Under the pieces are notes generated by a model, which saw only the letters and a program-made list of their open reading frames with translations, did not search any database and was not told the origin of the DNA. 27,726 nt of DNA from a virus. Taxonomy: Duplodnaviria > Caudoviricetes. The position numbers and the translations under genes are program-made. Of the stretch, positions 24,987 to 27,726 are shown one piece after another; the stretch's first letter is position 1, and each line of letters opens with the position of its first letter. The DNA lies in IMG/VR virus record IMGVR_UViG_3300025167_000484, positions 1 to 27,726 of that record; one strand, given 5' to 3'.

Positions 24987-25649
24987 TTAAAATTTATTTT
25001 TCAAATAATACTTCTTTTTTATTTCATCTTCCCATATAGAAAATGCTTCAAAATTTGTATCCATTATGTATGCAACGGCTTTTTCCTTAACTAATTTTTC
25101 CTCCCTAATAGTTAAATCAAAAGAAGAATCAATTTCAAATTCTTTATCCAGGACTGTTTCACCTTTCTTACCAATAAAAACCACTTCTATAATATTATTT
25201 ACTAAAGAATCTTTAACTTTTTCTTTCGTATTTTCTATATTATTAATAACCAAAATTTCTTCTGGATTAAATTTTGGTTCTGGTACTTCTGGTAAAAAAG
25301 GAATAATATCAATTATTTCTTCTTTTTTTCCTTTAAGAAAAGGAACAAGTAAAAGAAAAGGGGCATATCTTGTTATCATACTTTCAGTAGGTTTAATCCA
25401 TGATCTTTCAGGGATAAACTCTTCATCAGAAGTTAGGGATTGCCAGAGACATCTACAATGGGGGTGGGCCGGGGGCATATAAATAGTATATTCTGGGTCG
25501 GTGGCTTCCACAACCATCCCAGATCTGCTTGCACAATAAACACAAGTCTTTGGATCATCTTTTGCAACCCATTTAAATCTAACAATTCTTGGAGAAATTA
25601 TGTCTACTAATTTCATGTTTTTTAATCTATCTAAAGAAAGCATTTTCAC
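24987..25649 (-). CDS. Head morphogenesis protein (SPP1 gp7 / Mu gpF family), Cys-containing half only
   Basis: WVAKDDPKTCVYCASRSG and PPAHPHCRC; directly after the portal gene. Confidence 0.85.
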   Translation of the reverse strand: MKMLSLDRLKNMKLVDIISPRIVRFKWVAKDDPKTCVYCASRSGMVVEATDPEYTIYMPPAHPHCRCLWQSLTSDEEFIPERSWIKPTESMITRYAPFLLLVPFLKGKKEEIIDIIPFLPEVPEPKFNPEEILVINNIENTKEKVKDSLVNNIIEVVFIGKKGETVLDKEFEIDSSFDLTIREEKLVKEKAVAYIMDTNFEAFSIWEDEIKKKYYLKNKF

Positions 25650-25651
25650 AA

Positions 25652-27712
25652 TTAAATAAACTCCTTTGAAATTTTTGCTCTACCTTTATTTAAGAACAAC
25701 ATCCATTCAGAATTAACAATATCCACTAAATTTTTATCTTTTATGGTATCAAATTGAGCTTTTACATCATTTATAATTGCTTGTTCTTTCAATTCAGATG
25801 AAGCTGAAAGTAAAGCAATCTCCGTTTTATACTTCATGTTGGAAAAATATTGGTCTGTTATAACTCTTGTTCTATCTTGTATAAAAGATTTTCCTTCTTT
25901 ATCCAAAATAGGTTTATCTTCAATACCCAATTCTTGAATCGCTGTAGCTTGCCCAAAAAGATACCCCTCTTTCATCAAAGAAGAAAATATCCCCAATATT
26001 TTTGTGTTTAAAGGTCTCCATAAAGTAACAGTTTCAGTATCATTTTGGTCAATAACTTTTTTATACCAAATATCTTCTACTGAACCTTTATCAGATAACA
26101 TCTTTATTATCTTATTTATAACTTGTTCCCTCTGTTTAATCCATATTTCATTTACTAAATTATCTAAATATTCTTTTTCAATCTTATTTGATTTTTCTTC
26201 TATTTCAGAAAACATTTTTGGGTCTTCAAATTTATTGGGTTCTCTCCACCAAGTAATTTCACCAAATTTTTTATTATCTGTTCCTTCTTTCTTAACAGGT
26301 TTGTTACCTTTTACAGAACCTTTCTTATTTTTATTTGAACCGTCAAGGTTTCCTTGACCATCATCATTAGTTGTATTTGGATTTCCATCATCATCAAGGG
26401 GTACTCCCACAACATCAGCAATCTCCCTTGCAGCAGGAATAGCAGATCCATTTTTTATCATTTCCATAAATACATCTTTTAAAAAACCTTTTCGTGCCTC
26501 TGTGATACGTTCAATTTTTATATAACATTCGGGTGCTTTAGCACCAAAGTTATATTCAACAAGGCGTCTAATCACATATTTGTTTACTTGATTTTCTATA
26601 TCTACCAACAAAGCTTCTTCACCTAAAAGAAACATATCTGCGTGGGTCTGAGATAAAGAATAAGACCCTGCTTTAGATGAAGAATCTTGCGTAATTGTTC
26701 TTTCAGGGACAAACATAGCACGGAGGATTTTATTTTCAAAAAAAGTTAGTGCTGAAATGAACATTTCCCCACGTTTATCGTCAAGAAGATAATCAACCGT
26801 CCACTTTTTTGGCGTGTTTTCATACGTTGTACTTGGCACAGCAACAACGCTCTCCCCCTGTAATGCCTTCCCTATCTCCAAAGCAATGTCGGCATGATCT
26901 GTTCCATCTTTTGTTTGCCCCAAAGGAAAACCTATGATTGTAGGAGGGGTTCCTTTTCGTTCAAAATATCTCATCATGAATTGACAAAGATTTATCCAGA
27001 AGAACCAAACATCATAAGCAGGTTTCATTCGACTAACTCCAAACAAATTCCCAAAACTATCACCTTTATCATGTGTAAATATAAAAGATTTTTCCACCGG
27101 AAGAATTACATCTTTACCTACCCATTTTTGAACAATACCATTAAAATTCTCTTTTTCATCTAATTTAATAGTAACTGTATCAGGATATAAAGATTTAAAC
27201 TTTTTCCACACAACAGCCTTGCCATTATAGAAAGGCTTATTTTCATACTTTCTATTCAGACTTATATCTTCTATATCATAAACTATTTCATGAGCTGCAA
27301 AACCAAAATCCACAGCACTTAGTGTAGAAGTTAATAAGTTATACCATAAAGGTCTTAATAATTGGTCAATAAATTCTGCAATATCCTTATCATCACAAAC
27401 AGTTGTCCATTGCTGGCCAATTATGGGTAATTTTATAACTTTAAGCCCAGCAGCTATTTGGGCATTCATCCTCATTTTATTATATGTATCTATAGATATT
27501 TCATCGGGATTGTATTGTCCAATATGCTCTGCAATAAAACCATATATATTAGATAAAGGCCCCCCATGTTTAGCAAGTTCACTTGAATCAACTTTACCAA
27601 CTTTTTTATCCAAAAAATTAGTAAAATCAGCAAGCAATGTGGGGTCTTTGCCAAATAATTGGTTTATTTCTTGTTTTTTTATAAAATTTTCAGAATGTTT
27701 GTATTTTGCCAT
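25652..27712 (-). CDS. Portal protein (DUF935 / Mu gp29-like) with a gpF-like helical C-terminal extension
   Basis: LSAVDFGFAAHEIVY, GNLFGVSRMKPAYDVWFFW, FERKGTP, GSYSLSQTH, VNKYVIRRLVEYNFG; position at the head of the capsid module. Confidence 0.92.
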   Translation of the reverse strand: MAKYKHSENFIKKQEINQLFGKDPTLLADFTNFLDKKVGKVDSSELAKHGGPLSNIYGFIAEHIGQYNPDEISIDTYNKMRMNAQIAAGLKVIKLPIIGQQWTTVCDDKDIAEFIDQLLRPLWYNLLTSTLSAVDFGFAAHEIVYDIEDISLNRKYENKPFYNGKAVVWKKFKSLYPDTVTIKLDEKENFNGIVQKWVGKDVILPVEKSFIFTHDKGDSFGNLFGVSRMKPAYDVWFFWINLCQFMMRYFERKGTPPTIIGFPLGQTKDGTDHADIALEIGKALQGESVVAVPSTTYENTPKKWTVDYLLDDKRGEMFISALTFFENKILRAMFVPERTITQDSSSKAGSYSLSQTHADMFLLGEEALLVDIENQVNKYVIRRLVEYNFGAKAPECYIKIERITEARKGFLKDVFMEMIKNGSAIPAAREIADVVGVPLDDDGNPNTTNDDGQGNLDGSNKNKKGSVKGNKPVKKEGTDNKKFGEITWWREPNKFEDPKMFSEIEEKSNKIEKEYLDNLVNEIWIKQREQVINKIIKMLSDKGSVEDIWYKKVIDQNDTETVTLWRPLNTKILGIFSSLMKEGYLFGQATAIQELGIEDKPILDKEGKSFIQDRTRVITDQYFSNMKYKTEIALLSASSELKEQAIINDVKAQFDTIKDKNLVDIVNSEWMLFLNKGRAKISKEFI

Positions 27713-27719
27713 ATACTAT

Positions 27720-27725
27720 ATTATA
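27720..27725 (-). promoter_or_regulatory. TATAAT box 7 nt upstream of the portal ATG (candidate leaderless promoter)
   Basis: CTATAATATAGTAT-ATG; no SD; any -35 lies outside the window. Confidence 0.45.
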
Positions 27726-27726
27726 G

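Larger units (their letters stand above)
1..27726 (-). mobile_element. Tailed phage or prophage segment: head/neck morphogenesis module followed by a glycan biosynthesis cluster
   Basis: Co-oriented, tightly packed portal, gpF-like, protease, scaffold, MCP, connector and endolysin genes plus free-standing HNH genes. No host housekeeping genes, integrase or att site in the window, so free phage versus prophage cannot be decided. Confidence 0.93.

Noticed and set aside
84-27163. All plus-strand ORFs in the track (e.g. 84..410, 15353..15772, 20421..20897, 25066..25482)
   Set aside because: Each lies antisense to a well-supported minus-strand gene and has no recognisable motif; they are shadow ORFs.
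1-27726. Alternative genetic code or stop-codon reassignment
   Set aside because: Genes are full-length and densely packed under the standard code, and TAA, TAG and TGA all terminate genes.

Overview
AT-rich segment of a tailed bacteriophage or prophage, with all credible genes tightly packed on the minus strand. In transcription order (right to left): DUF935/Mu gp29-type portal, gpF/SPP1-gp7-type head morphogenesis protein, Mu-type prohead protease, then a ~4.4 kb block (putative virion accessory proteins, GH108 endolysin, HNH endonuclease), scaffold, capsid decoration protein, major capsid protein (MCP), small head/neck genes, head-tail connector, gpG-like and tail-terminator-like genes. 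Where tail genes would be expected comes a >14 kb glycan cluster that runs off the left edge. It holds five glycosyltransferases, NeuB and NeuA homologues, SDR, Gfo/Idh/MocA and TIM-barrel epimerase enzymes, four methyltransferase domains and a sulfotransferase, and it has its own sigma70-like leaderless promoter. Six putative virion proteins are strikingly rich in Gly-Thr dipeptides while the MCP and scaffold have none. Best candidate for a new system: phage-encoded virion glycosylation with a nonulosonic-acid-containing, methylated/sulfated glycan on G-T sites. Also found: an unannotated 25-aa ORF copying the MCP N-terminus, a thrice-repeated unknown domain, and an apparently ATT-initiated gene with an internal terminator. 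All family calls come from motif recognition by eye, not database searches.
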